The translations under genes and the position numbers were made by a program. Under the pieces are notes generated by a model that saw only the letters and a program-made list of their open reading frames with translations, made no database searches and was not told the DNA's origin. Positions 1 to 13,582 of a DNA stretch of 64,000 bases are shown here, piece after piece. This DNA is from the human T2T-CHM13v2.0 reference genome, Homo sapiens: the NCBI RefSeq assembly GCF_009914755.1, contig NC_060938.1. One strand, written 5' to 3'. Each line of letters opens with the position of its first letter. The first letter of the stretch is position 1.

Positions 1-470
1 AATTTCAGCCCAGAAAATTTAATACAGGGAAGGGATTATACAGGTATTGGAGGGCTGAAAAAGCAAACAGGGAACACTGGGGTAACACAGAGACAATATT
101 TGCAGGAATTAGCCACTATTCATATGGTTGAGGGGGAAATAAGAACTTGGAGTTGGGACCTCATAGAATTGGGGTTCAAAACCTCTGGAGGGGGTACTTC
201 CTGACAGCTGTTGGTATGTCTGAGGGGAATTTCTGAGAGTGCCAGAAAAAGCTGGTGGTTATCACTGCTACTGCTGGGGTGGAGGATCTATGCTGGGCAA
301 TGCTGACTGGAAAAAGCATGTACTGCATTCTCCCTCTAGTGTCCTTATTGGCAGTGTGAGGAAGCTAGCTGCAGAAGAGAAAAGTAGTTTTCAGAGTTTT
401 ATTTTCAGTATTACAAAGATGAGTATTAAAGGGTAGATTTGGATCTGAGAGAAAATAGCTGAATAACCAG
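1..470. mobile_element. Probable old ERVL-type LTR fragment
   Basis: General resemblance to ancient LTR consensus; family not determined. Confidence 0.3.
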
Positions 471-661
471 TATATATAGCCTTCTCTTCTGGTCAAAGGA
501 GGCCATAGGCCTTTGGTCTCTTGGTCTCTTTTCCTAGCTACTTGGACCCCAGACCCAGATATTCTTAATGCTGAGGGTTTGGAAGGAAAGTTGTTATTAT
601 TATTTAAAAAATTAATTTGTTTAGTTAATGTGATGGGGGAGGGGGCATGAGACGGGTCTAC

Positions 662-1338
<677 letters not shown>

Positions 1339-1552
1339 TAATCATTAGATACTCCTTCTTTGCCTCTTGAGGTATTTCTGTTTTTTAAAAGCCCTTATTT
1401 AAAATGTAAAATAAATAATGGTAAAAGTAATGATGTTACCCATAAACAAAGTTTTAAAATTGGTTGCTTATTAGCCAAACAGTGGTCTGCAGTGGTAACC
1501 AACCTCTGAAAAGATTATGCCTTTTTTACTCATTCAAAAATTCCCCCTCCTG

Positions 1553-1712
1553 CAGAGCTTCTTCAATTTTAATGTGTATATGAATCAGTTGAGGATCTTG
1601 GTAAAATACTGATTCTGATTCAATATGTCCCTGGGTAAGGCCTGAGATTGTGCATTTCTAACAAGCTCCCAGGGGAGGCTGGAGCTACTGGTCCCTAGAC
1701 CAGACTTTTTAA
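1553..1712. mobile_element. MER5A/B (hAT-Charlie) relic
   Basis: tgcatttctaacaagctcccagg and gattctgattca motifs typical of MER5. Confidence 0.75.
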
Positions 1713-3413
1713 ACTCCCTTCCCTCCCTTGAGAACTACTGGTTTGGCTTAGATCCAGTGTTGGACTTGGATGGTTGAGTGGTGAGTGATCATAAAGTAAG
1801 AGTTTCTATTGTAAGCCTGCCCGTCTAGAAATATTTTGAGCAATTTTAGTAGAGCTATTTATAGCTGTTTCTTTCCAGGTAGGATCAGAGAAATATATGC
1901 TTCTGAATAGGTTAAATTTTCTTCCATAATATAATGCTGCCCTGAATGCAGAAATGTGCCTATCACTTGTAATTTTCCTGGAAGGCGTGAGACTGCTTGG
2001 TAATTGTGTACATATTTAAGGGAAACTGAGTAATGGAGGACAGAATAGAACAATTAACAAATTCATGCATCAGATAACTTGCTTTCATTAAAGCCATTGT
2101 TACTCTTATTTATTGATTGTTCCTGATGATAGGACATCTGCAGATTTCAAAAAGTGTGTTTAGTGTGAATTTCATACTGATGGCATTTCTCTGCTTTTGA
2201 CAGTTTCATATACTTAAACTTGTCATTAAAACACAGCATCTTGCCTTGAGCCAAATGAAACTTTGAATAGAGCCCAAATTTATGAAATTGTTAATTTCTC
2301 TTTACATCTAGATTTTACTTTCAGTAATTTCTATCTGCTAACACAAATAGAAAGGTAATCTTTCATTTGGTTGCCATCCTTCAAGAGCCTCTCTCTGCCC
2401 TTCCCTCCCTCCCTTCCTGGATCTTTCCTTTTGTCTTTACAGACCTAGATTTTGAAAGGTTCTAGGTTCCTTTTGTCTGTTGATACTATGTGAATGTTAT
2501 CCTTAAGTTTTTAATTCAGGCTACAACTAGACAGATAATGTGTCTCACAATTAGCTGGGGTGAGAGAGTTAAAATGGAAGTTAAGGATTCAGGGGATTCC
2601 TACAGATGGGTGAAGAAAAAAGCTCAATGTTAGGATCCTTAACAAAGCATTTTGATTGGCATATGGAGACCTTTGCGTGAACACAAATGTTCATATTTGA
2701 ATATTTATAGAAGATAATCTGTCAAAATTACTGTTATTTTAATTTGCCAAGCTTGGCTGATTGCCGCAGTTGGATGTTAGTTGAATTCAAGTTGAAGAGT
2801 TGTAAATATGTTCTGGTGTGGGACATGCTTTTTGTCCTTGAAGCTGTTTGAATTTCTTACTTCTCCCACCTACACCCCCTTCTTTAAAACTGCGAGGCTT
2901 TTTTGTATTAGTTGAACTTTCATGTTCTTTTTTAGGAAAAAATATTAAAGTAGGATGTTAACTGTATGGATTAAAAATTTTTTTTAACTAAATTTGTTGA
3001 CATTTGGTGATCAGGAATTGTTTAAATAATTTTAACTATTTGTCCAATCTTTGCTTCAAAGGACCTGTTCCTGGAGACTCAAATGTAGGGATATATATCT
3101 TATTTGAATGGTTTTGTGTGGGATATGTTTCACATTAACAGCAAAGAAAATGTAGACTTCTAGATAATTGATGTTTCCCCTTTCTTTTATCTCACTTGAA
3201 CAGCTAATAATTTTAGTGACCCAGATTCAAGCAATAATACCTGTCTTCATAATTGTCATGTGGTTTTGTCAGCTTCTTATATTCTAGGGGAAGGAAGATA
3301 AGACTTTTTTAAATATATTGAAATAACTTGGTTAATAAATACTTTTTTTCTCTTTTTAGAAGCCAGGAACCTGTTCTCTTTCCATAGTGTCTCCTCACTC
3401 AGAAAACGTTGTG

Positions 3414-3726
3414 TTCTCCTGCCTCAGCCTCCTGAATAGCTAGGGTTACAGGCGCCCGCCACCATGCCCGGCTAATTTTTTTTTGTATATTTAGTAGAGA
3501 CGGGGTTTCACCTTGTTGGCCAGGCTGGTCTCAAACTCCTGACATCAGGTGATCTGCCCGCCTTGGCCTCCCACAGTGCTGGGATTATAGGTGTGAGCCA
3601 CTGTGCAGGAGAATGGCTTGAACCCAGGAGGCAGAGGTTGCAGTGAGCTGAGATTGTGCCATTGCACGCCGGGCTGGGCAACAAGAGTGAAACTCCGTCT
3701 CAGAAAAAGAAAGAAAGGGAAAAAAA
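3414..3726. mobile_element. AluSq/Sp-like with inverted 5' two-thirds (3414-3606 minus, 3605-3726 plus)
   Basis: Minus-strand Alu segment joined directly to plus-strand remainder with A-rich tail; ggcaacaagagtgaaactcc is Sp/Sq-like. Confidence 0.9.
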
Positions 3727-4035
3727 CCCCAACACACTGTATTAATTATTGATGCAGTATCACTATTCTTACTGAGACTACATTATTTTAGCTTTAGAGA
3801 TGATATAGTGGCTTTCTTAAAGTTATATGACATTTTTTTGGGAGCAGGGCTGTATTCTGTGCCCCATGTACTAAGCTATCTTGTCTCATTTAACTAGCCA
3901 CTGTTATCTGAATAGTTGAGTTTTACATGTGTAACCACTTGACCTGATTAGTCTTAATTTTTTTCCTGATGTTTTTATTTCTTTATCTCTTAGAAAATGA
4001 CATAATTGAATCAGTTTTGTTGGTTATTACTTTAG

Positions 4036-4370
<335 letters not shown>

Positions 4371-5590
4371 TACATCTCAGTTTTATTTAGACTTTGTTTT
4401 GGAGTTTCAGGAATTTGAGGTTTCAGGAATGTATTTTGTATTTAGAAAATTAAGAGTGGAACTTTTATAGTATTTTCTGTCTTTCACAATCATCCATCTT
4501 CATTCTCATTTGACTTTTTTTTGCTATATTTTTTTTCTAGAAGATTTTATATAATCTTTTCCTGTTACTACTTTTGCCCATTCTTTTTGTGACCATCTCC
4601 AAGTCATTTCCCTTGTATCTCACCCTCATTCCTTATTATCTTCCTAGGAAAACTTATTTGTCCAACTCTGTAGCTATCCTCTGGCTGGATAACAAAATTA
4701 TTAATAATTCCTTAAGATGTTACCCTAGCTACTAATTTTGTAATAGTCCACCATGTGTTCACTGTGTAAAGGGTTCAGAGGTGACTGTTGTACCTAATGC
4801 ACCACAGATGTGGAAGTAATAATAAAATTTACATATATGTAAGGTGAAAATATTGCTAATACGTTCCCTTGGGTCTGGCCATTCTGATATGCTTGCTAAG
4901 TTTGGAGGCTTATTTTGTAATGGTTCTTTCGGATTTCTTAAGGTGAATTAGACATTATGTTTACCTTGAATTTTAATTGGTATACTTTTGGTTAAGTAGG
5001 TTAAAAGTCAATGGAATAAAAGTTAAGCCAGAAATATAAAAAGTAATAAGCCATTTTTCAGTGTGATTTGAAAAACAATTTAGCTGTATTTCTTGCTATA
5101 AAAAAAGAAGTAAAGAACACTATACAGTGGACTAAGATTTTCTAAGTAAACTAATTTTGATAAAGGTTAATTCCATGGTGATAGCAGATGTTGGGGATTG
5201 GCATCCATATGTCAGATTTCACATAAAAATTTAGCTTTCTACTGTTTTTTATTTCCTTAGGAAGAACTATAAAACTTAAATTTGTATAGAAGGTATGATA
5301 ATGCTATTTTAATAAACAGAATTTGTTATTTTGAAAATTGGGTAGTAAGGACAACCAGTGAATTGTACTACTTATTGATTTTTTTAAAAAAATGTATTTT
5401 TAATTTTCGCGGGTACATAGTAGGTATATGTATTTATGGGATACATGAGATGTTTTGACACAGGCGTGCAATGTGTAAAAATCACATCATGGACAATGCA
5501 GTATCCCTCCCCTCAAGCATTTATCCTTTGTGTTACAGACAATCCAAATACACTCTTAGTTATTTAAAAATGTACAATTAAATTATTGAT

Positions 5591-6117
5591 TGCGGCAGCA
5601 CCCCTCACACAGGGGCACCAGCTGCCGGGGTCTGCCCATAGACCCTGACCCGGCCACGGATGAATAAAGTACACTGACACACAGATATTCTGTTTTGCCA
5701 GTCCAGCTGAGGGTGTCTCAGCTGTTTACAGACTCCCTGGAGGGTTCTGTAAACAGTTGTGACCATGACCTCGATCAGCAAGTGAGACTTGCATTTATGC
5801 GGTAAGATTAATTAACAAAGGCTTGAGTCAACACCATTAGAGGTAATTGACATTGTGGACTTTCCAAGTAAAAAGCCCTTAATCACCCATGGCACATCAA
5901 AGGTTAGTCTTAAGATTATATGAGTAAACAAGCTAGCTAGGTAAACTACTCTGCCTTCCTTTATTACTAGTTTAATTTGTTTAAAGGTAAAGATCAGGTT
6001 GCCTTCAACCATGTCTATTACTGAAGTTATGCAAACTCTCGGCCTTCCAAGAAGATTTGTGTCTGTCTCTATAACTATCTTCAATATTTTTCCCACCAGC
6101 CTGATTGAACCCCAGTA
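5591..6117 (-). mobile_element. LTR22 (HERV-K HML-5) LTR plus primer-binding site and 12 nt of extra sequence
   Basis: Minus strand begins TACTGGGGTTCAATCAGGCTGGTGGGAAAAATATT (LTR22-like); LTR 5623-6117; PBS 5603-5620; 6-bp TSD attgat at 5585-5590 and 6118-6123. Confidence 0.85.
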
Positions 6118-6822
6118 ATTGATTATAGTCACCCTGTTGTGCTGTCAAATACTAGGTCTTATTCATTCATCCTGTTTTTTTGTACCCATTAACCATCCCC
6201 ACCTCTCCCTCATCCCACCACTACCTTTCCCAGCCTCTAGTAACCATCCTTCTTTTTCCATGGGTTCAGTTGTTTTGATTTTTAGATCCCACAAATAAGT
6301 GAGAACATGAGATGCTTGTCATTCTTTGCCTGGCTTATTTCACTTAACGCAGTGACCTCTGGTTCCATCCATGTTGCACATGACAGGATCTCATTCTCTT
6401 TTATGGCTGAATAGTACTCCACTGTGTATATGTACCACATTTTCTTTGTTCATTCGTCTGCTAATGGACACTTAGCTTGCTTTCAAATCTTGGCTATTGT
6501 GAACAGTGCTACAGTAAACATGGGAGTGCAGATATCTCTTTGATACACTGATTTCCTTTTTTGGGGCTATATACCTAGCAGTGGGATTGCTAGATCATAT
6601 GGTAGCTAAATTTTTAGTTTTTTTAAGGAACGTCCAAACTCTTCTTCATAGCAGTTGTACTAATTTACATTCCCACCAACAGTGTATGAGGGTTCTCTTT
6701 TTTCCACATCTTTGCCAGCATTGATTATTGCTTGTCTTTCGGATAAAAGCCATTTTAACTGGAGTAAGATGATATCTCATTGTAGTTTTGATTTGCATTT
6801 CTCTGATGATCAGTGATGTTAA

Positions 6823-7126
<304 letters not shown>

Positions 7127-7245
7127 GAACACTTTTTCATACGTGTGTTTGCTAGTTGTATGTCTGTTTTTTTTTTGAAAATGTCTGTTCAGAACTTTTG
7201 CCTGTTTTTAAATTGGATTATTAATTTTTTCCTGTAGAGTTGTTT

Positions 7246-7603
<358 letters not shown>

Positions 7604-10600
7604 TAGTTTGCAAATATTTTCTTCCATTCTGTGGGTTGTTTGTTTGTTGCTTGTTTACTTTGCTGTGGAGAAGCTTTTTAATTTGATGTGATCCCGTTTG
7701 TCCAGTTTTGCTTTGGTTGCCTGTGCTTGTGGGGTATTACTTAAGAAATCATTGCCCAGACCGATACCCTGGAGAGTTTCCCCAGTGTTTTATTTTAGTC
7801 ATTTCATAGTTTGAGGTCTTAGATTTTTGTCTTTAATCAATATTTTGATTTGAGTTTTGTATATGGTGAGAGATAGGAGTCTAGTTTCATTCTTCTGCAT
7901 ATATATATCCAGTTTCCAAGCACCATTTATTGAAGAAACTGTCTTTTCTGCCATGTATGTTTTTGGCACCTTTGTCAAAAATGAGTTCACTGTAGGCGTG
8001 TGGATTTTTTTCTGGGTTCTCGGTTCTATTGTTCTGTGTGCCTGTTTTTATGCCAGTACCATGTTGTTTTGTTTATTATAGCTCTGTAATATAATTTGAA
8101 GTCAGTTAATGTGATTCTTCTAGTTTGGTTCTTTCTGCTTAGGATGGCTTTGGTTATTCTGAGTCTTTTGTGGTTCCCTATAAATTTTAGGGTTTTTTTT
8201 ATATCTCTGTTAAGAGTGTCATTGGTATTTTGATAGGGATTGCATTGAATCTGTAGATTGCTTTGGGTAGTATGGACGTTTTAACAATATTGATTCTTCC
8301 AACCCATAAACATGGAATATCTTTCCATTTTTTGGTATCCTCTTCAATTTCTTTCATCAATATAGTATAGTTTCTGTTACAGAGATCTTTCACTTCTTTG
8401 GTTAATTCCTAGGTATGTATTTATTTATTTATTTTGGTGGCTATTGTAAATGGGACTGCTTTTTAAATTTCTTTTTCAATTTGTTCACATTTCACATATA
8501 GAAATGCTACTTATTTTTGTATGTTGATTTTGTATCTTGCAACTTTACTGAATTAGTCAGTTCTTAATAGTATCAATTCTAATAGTTTTTTGGTGGATTT
8601 TTTATGTTTTTCCAAATATATGATCATATCATCTGCAAACAAGGATAAGTTGACTTCTCCTTTACAATTCGGATGCCCTTTATATCTTTCTCTTGTCTAA
8701 TTGCTCTAGCTAGGACTCCCAGTACTATAATGAATAATAGTGGTGAAAGTGGGCATCCTTGTTATGTTTCAGATCGTAAAAGACAGGCTTTCAGTTTTTC
8801 CCCATTCAGTGTGATACTAGTTGTGGGTCTTTTTTATATGGCTTTTATTATGTTGATGTGTGTTTCTTCTATACTCATGTTTTTGAGGGTTTTTATTAGA
8901 AGGGATGTTGAATTTTATCAGTGTTTTTTCAGCATTAATTGAAATGGTCATATGGTTTTTGTCCTTCATTTGTTGATACGATATATGGTGATTGATTTGT
9001 ATATGTTGAACCATTCTGGTGTCCCAGGGATAAATCTCACTTGGTCATGATGAATGATCTTTTTAATGTGTTGTTGAGTTCAATTTGGTAGTATTTCGTT
9101 ATGGATTTTTGTATGAATATTCATCAGGGATATTGGTCCTTAGTTTTCTTCTTTTGATGTGTCTTTTTATGGTTTTGGTACTAGGGTAATACTGGCCTTG
9201 CAGGATGAGTTTGGAAGTATTCTCCCTCCTCTATTTTTCGGAATAGTTTCAGTAGGATTGGTATTAGTTCTTCTTTAAATGTTTGGTAGAATTCAACAGT
9301 GTAACCATTGGGTCATGGCTTTTCTTTACTGTCAGACTTTTAATTATGGCTTCAATTTCATTATTTATTATTGGTCTGTTTGGGTTTTGGATTTCTTCAT
9401 GTTTCAATCTTGGTAGGTTGTATGTGTCTAGGAATTTGTCTATTTCTTCTAAGTTTTCCAATTTATTGGCATATATTTGCTAGTAGTAGCCACTAATGAT
9501 TCTTCGGATTTCTGTGATATCGGTTGTACTGTCTCCTTTGTTACCTCTGATTTATTTGGATCTTCTTTTTTCCTTAGTCTGGCTTAAGGTTTGTCCGTTT
9601 TAACTTTTCCAGCAACCAACTTTTTGATTCATCTTTTGTATTTTCTTTATTTCAATTTCCTGTATTTCTGCTCTCATCTTTATTATTTATTTTCTTCTAC
9701 TACTTTTGAGTTTGTTTTCCTCTTGCTTTTTTAGTCCTTAAAATGCATTGTTAGCTTGTATATTTAAAGTTTTTCTTCCTTTTTTTGATGTAGGCACTTG
9801 TAGCTATAAAATTCCCTCTTAGTACAGCTTTTGCTGTATTCCATAGGTTTTGGTATATTATGTTTCCATTATCATTTGTTTCAAGGAAGTTTTCAATTTT
9901 CTTCTTAATTTCTTCATTGACCCACTTGTCATTCAGGGGCAAATCATTTAATTTACATATATTTGTATAGTTTCCAAAATTCCCCTTGCTATTGATTTCT
10001 AGTTTTATTTTATTGTGGTCGGAGAAGATGTTTGACACTATGTGGGTTTTTTTTTCTTTAAATGTTTTAAGACTTGTTTTGTGACCTAACATATGGTCTA
10101 TCCTTGAGAATGATCCATATGCTAAAGAAAAGAATGTATATTCTGTAGCTGTTGGAAGAAATATTCTTTAAATATCTATTAGATCCGTTTGGTCTATTTC
10201 TTTGTTGATTCTCTGCCTGGAAGATCTGTTCAGTGCTGAAAGTGGGATGTTGAAATCTCCAGCTATTATTGTATTGGAGTCTTTCTCTCTTTAGCTCTAA
10301 TAATATTTGCTTTATATATCTGGGTGCTCCACTGTTGGGTGCATATATATTAAAGTACTTTTTTATATCCTCTTGCTGAACTGACCTCTTTATTATTATA
10401 TAGTGACCTTCTTTGTCTCTTCTTACAGTTTTTGTCTTGAAATCTATTTTGTCTGATACAAATATAGCTTCTCCTACTCTGTTTTGGTTTCCATTGGCAT
10501 GGAATATCTTTTCCATTTCTTTATTTTCAATCTGTGTGTGTCTTTATAGGTGAAGTGTGTTTCTTGTAGGCAACAGATTAATGGGTCTTCTTTTTTTAAA

Positions 10601-10756
10601 TCCATTCAGCTATCCCGAGTCTTGTGATTGGTGAGTTTAGTCCATTTACACTCAGTGTTATTATTGACAAACAAGGACTTATTCCTGCCATTTTGTAATT
10701 TGTTTTCTGGATGTTTTGTGGTCTTCCCTTACGTCTTTCTTTCCTTCCTGTCTTCC

Positions 10757-11301
10757 TGGATGTTACAGCCTACTACCCACCTGGGGTATATGGTATAGCC
10801 TATTGCTTCTAGGCTACAAGCCTGTACAGCATGTTACTGTACTGAATATTGTAGGCAATTGTAACACAGTAGTAAGGATTTGTGTACCTAAACGTAGAAA
10901 AGGTACAGTAAAATTATGGTATTTATAATCTTTATTTTTGTAGACAGAGTCTTGCTCGGTTGCCCAGGGTGGAGTGCGGTGGCGCGATCTCGGCTTACTG
11001 CAACCTGCGCCTCCTGGTTCAAGCAATTCTCGTGCCTCAGCCTCCCAGGTAGTAGCTGGGATTACAGATGTGCACCACCATGCCCAGCTAAGTTTTGTAA
11101 TTTTAGTAGAGACGAGGTTTCACCATATTGTCCAGGCAGGTCTTGAACTCCTAGCCTCAAGAGATCCCCTGCCTTGGCCTCCCAAAGTGCTGGAATTATA
11201 GGCATAAGCCTTCGTGCCTGGCTGGGTATTTATGATCTTATGGGACCACTCATATATGCAGTTCGTTGTTGATTAAAACCATCATTATGTGGTGCATGAC
11301 T
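10757..11301. mobile_element. Tigger3-family DNA transposon relic, split by an Alu
   Basis: ggctacaagcctgtacagcatgttactgtactgaat and terminal ttatgtggtgcatgact resemble Tigger3. Confidence 0.8.
10932..11223 (-). mobile_element. Alu (J/S) inside Tigger3
   Basis: TSD ggtatttat(a/g)atct at 10918 and 11225. Confidence 0.92.
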
Positions 11302-11388
11302 TTACTTTGTATGACAAGTTACTGAACGTTCTAAAGGAGATATGAAAGTAACTTAGGTTTGATTTTTGTTTGAAATTGTGATATTTTT

Positions 11389-11690
11389 GCCGGCTGTGGT
11401 GGCTCATGCCTGTAATCCCAGCACTTTGGGAGGCCGAGGCGGGTGGATCATGAGGTCAAGAGTTCAACAACAGCCTGGCCAAGATGGTGAAACCCCGTCT
11501 CTATTAAAAATACAAAAATTAGCCGGGCATGGTGGCGGGCGCCTGTAATCCTAGCTACTCAGGAGGCTGAGGAAGAGAATTGCTTGAACCTGTGAGGCGG
11601 AGGTTGCAGTGAGCCGACATCACGCCACTGCACTCCAGCCTGGGCGACAGAGTGAGACTCTGTCTCAAAAAAAAAAAAAAAAAAGAAAAA
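11389..11690 (+). mobile_element. AluS-like
   Basis: Full Alu with A tail; TSD gaaattgtgat at 11372 and 11691. Confidence 0.95.
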
Positions 11691-12446
11691 GAAATTGTGA
11701 TGTTTCTTTCCCATTCCAAGACCATCCTTTTCTTAGTACTCTTTCTTTCCTTTAGAGCTAGGCTAGTGGGGAGCAGAATCATGAGCTTAAATTAGTGGAA
11801 TATGTGGACATTGGGTAGCATGGGGAGAAGTGTTTCAGCTTCTTTCTCTAAACTTTAATTTCCATTCTTTGGTGCTTAAAGTGGTGTTTTAATCACTTGC
11901 ATCTGGTTCAAGAGGGTGTCTGATTCTTTGCAAAGCTATTCTATCGACAAAAAGCATTCACAGTGTTTTCCTAGTGGATTAATATTGGGTTGACATCTAT
12001 TTGCATGTTAAGTGCTGTATTGTTATCATTTGGCATTTATTAACTAGCCTTGATATACTGTGCATTAGTTGGCATTTATACATGTTTTAGTCCCTGCTCT
12101 AGAGAAAATATCCTAAAAGGGAGCTAATTGTGGGAAATAGAGCCTTTTCTCACATATCCAGCTGCCTGGGAGCTTTCCTCTAAAGACCTTTAAGCATTGG
12201 AAAGTCATTCCTCAAGTAGTTAAGATAGGAAATGACAGTCGTGTAAAATAGGGCCTTAAAAACAACTACCAGGTAGACTCATGATAGTGACCCTACAGGG
12301 AATTAACAACATAGATATGATTTTCTCAAGGAGTTGGGAATCTTCTTATTAAAATTAGAGCAGTGAAATTGTTCCCTTCTCTGTAGAATATAAAAACAAA
12401 ATCAAAAACAAAACAAAATAAAAAATCGATCAAACTTCTCTCCGTG

Positions 12447-13334
12447 TGTTAACAAAACGACCATGAGATCTGTGGAGGAAGGAAAAAGGAGAAAACTTTA
12501 TTTTCAGAGTAACAATCTGCAGATAAGGGAAAGTAACCTCTGGTGGAACTGTAAGCACGTGCTTCACCGAAGGGGAGTGAACAGTAGTATTTAAGCCTTC
12601 TAGGGTTTGTTTTACATGCATATCCATCATGTAATATGAATTGTTTGAGGAATGTCTATGAATATATATGGGGAAGTCTAGTGCATGCACAGTGAGTTAA
12701 CATATAAGTAACATACATCCCATCTTCGCTTCAGGGCACAATTTTAGCATTAAAATGAGGTGGAATTCAGCTCTTTATGTCAACAGGTGAACTATAGAGC
12801 ACAAAGATATTTTGTATGCAGTCTCTATAAGCTGGCTAAAACTGGCTTAGGGTCTGTAGCATTTTAGCAGGAAAGAATGTTTGTAGGACTGGCCTCCTGT
12901 CCTATCAGTGCTGTTGGTAGGACCCTCAAGGCAGGGTTGTCCCAGTTGTCTTTATCAGGCAGTTTACCAAGATCGGTTGGGCAGTGTTTCTCTAGAACAG
13001 ATTTCTGCCTAATAGAAGAGGAAAACTTCATGGCAGTTAATAAGAAAGAATGTTTGTAAGAATGGCCTCCTGTCCTATCAGTGCTGCTGGCAGGACCCTC
13101 AAGGCAGGGTTGTCCCAGTTGTCTTTATCAGGCAGTCTACCAAGATTGGTTGGGCAGTGTGTCTCTAGAACAGATTTCTGCCGAATACAAGAGGAAAACT
13201 TCATGGCAGTTAACAAACCCTTTGGTAGTTAACAATGTACGTATGTATGACCAAACCCTTGTTCCTGCTATGGCCATTTAATTTTCTCTCTTGAGGGTCT
13301 TATCTTAGCTACAGAAAGTCCATCTTATCTATCA
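12447..13334 (-). mobile_element. Solo LTR, probably ERV1/MER4-group, with internal 173-bp tandem duplication
   Basis: TG...CA ends; minus-strand TATA-like element (~12587-12596) followed by AATAAA (12497-12502); subfamily not determined. Confidence 0.7.
12871..13213. repeat. Two-copy tandem repeat, period 173 bp
   Basis: 12871-13040 vs 13044-13213, 9 mismatches in 170 bp by manual alignment. Confidence 0.95.
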
Positions 13335-13460
13335 TTGTTGACCTTTGGATCACAGCTAGTAGTGGTTTGAGGACAGAATGTATCAATGTATCAATAGTTT
13401 CTGTCTTGTCTTCACCGCTGAGTAGGTATACAAAACTTAGTCAAGTCAAATCACTTCTTT

Positions 13461-13582
13461 TTTTTTTTTTAAATTTATTTTTTTATTATACTTTAAGTTT
13501 TAGGGTACATGTGCACATAGTGCAGGTTAGTTACATATGTATACATGTGCCAAGCTGGTGCGCTGCACCCACTAACTGGTCA
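13461..13582 (-). mobile_element. Very short 3' fragment of a young L1 (L1PA2-like)
   Basis: gctggtgcgctgcacccactaac and ggttagttac diagnostics; perfect 15-bp TSD tcaaatcacttcttt at 13446 and 13583. Confidence 0.9.

Noticed and set aside
3340-3600. Polypyrimidine+AG at 3359 as a possible cryptic FUT8 5'UTR exon
   Set aside because: Such acceptors are common in AT-rich introns; no strong matching donor, and it cannot be supported without transcript data.
12877-13232. Two paralogous 60-aa ORFs suggesting a small gene pair
   Set aside because: By-product of the 173-bp duplication in an LTR; no splice or coding evidence.
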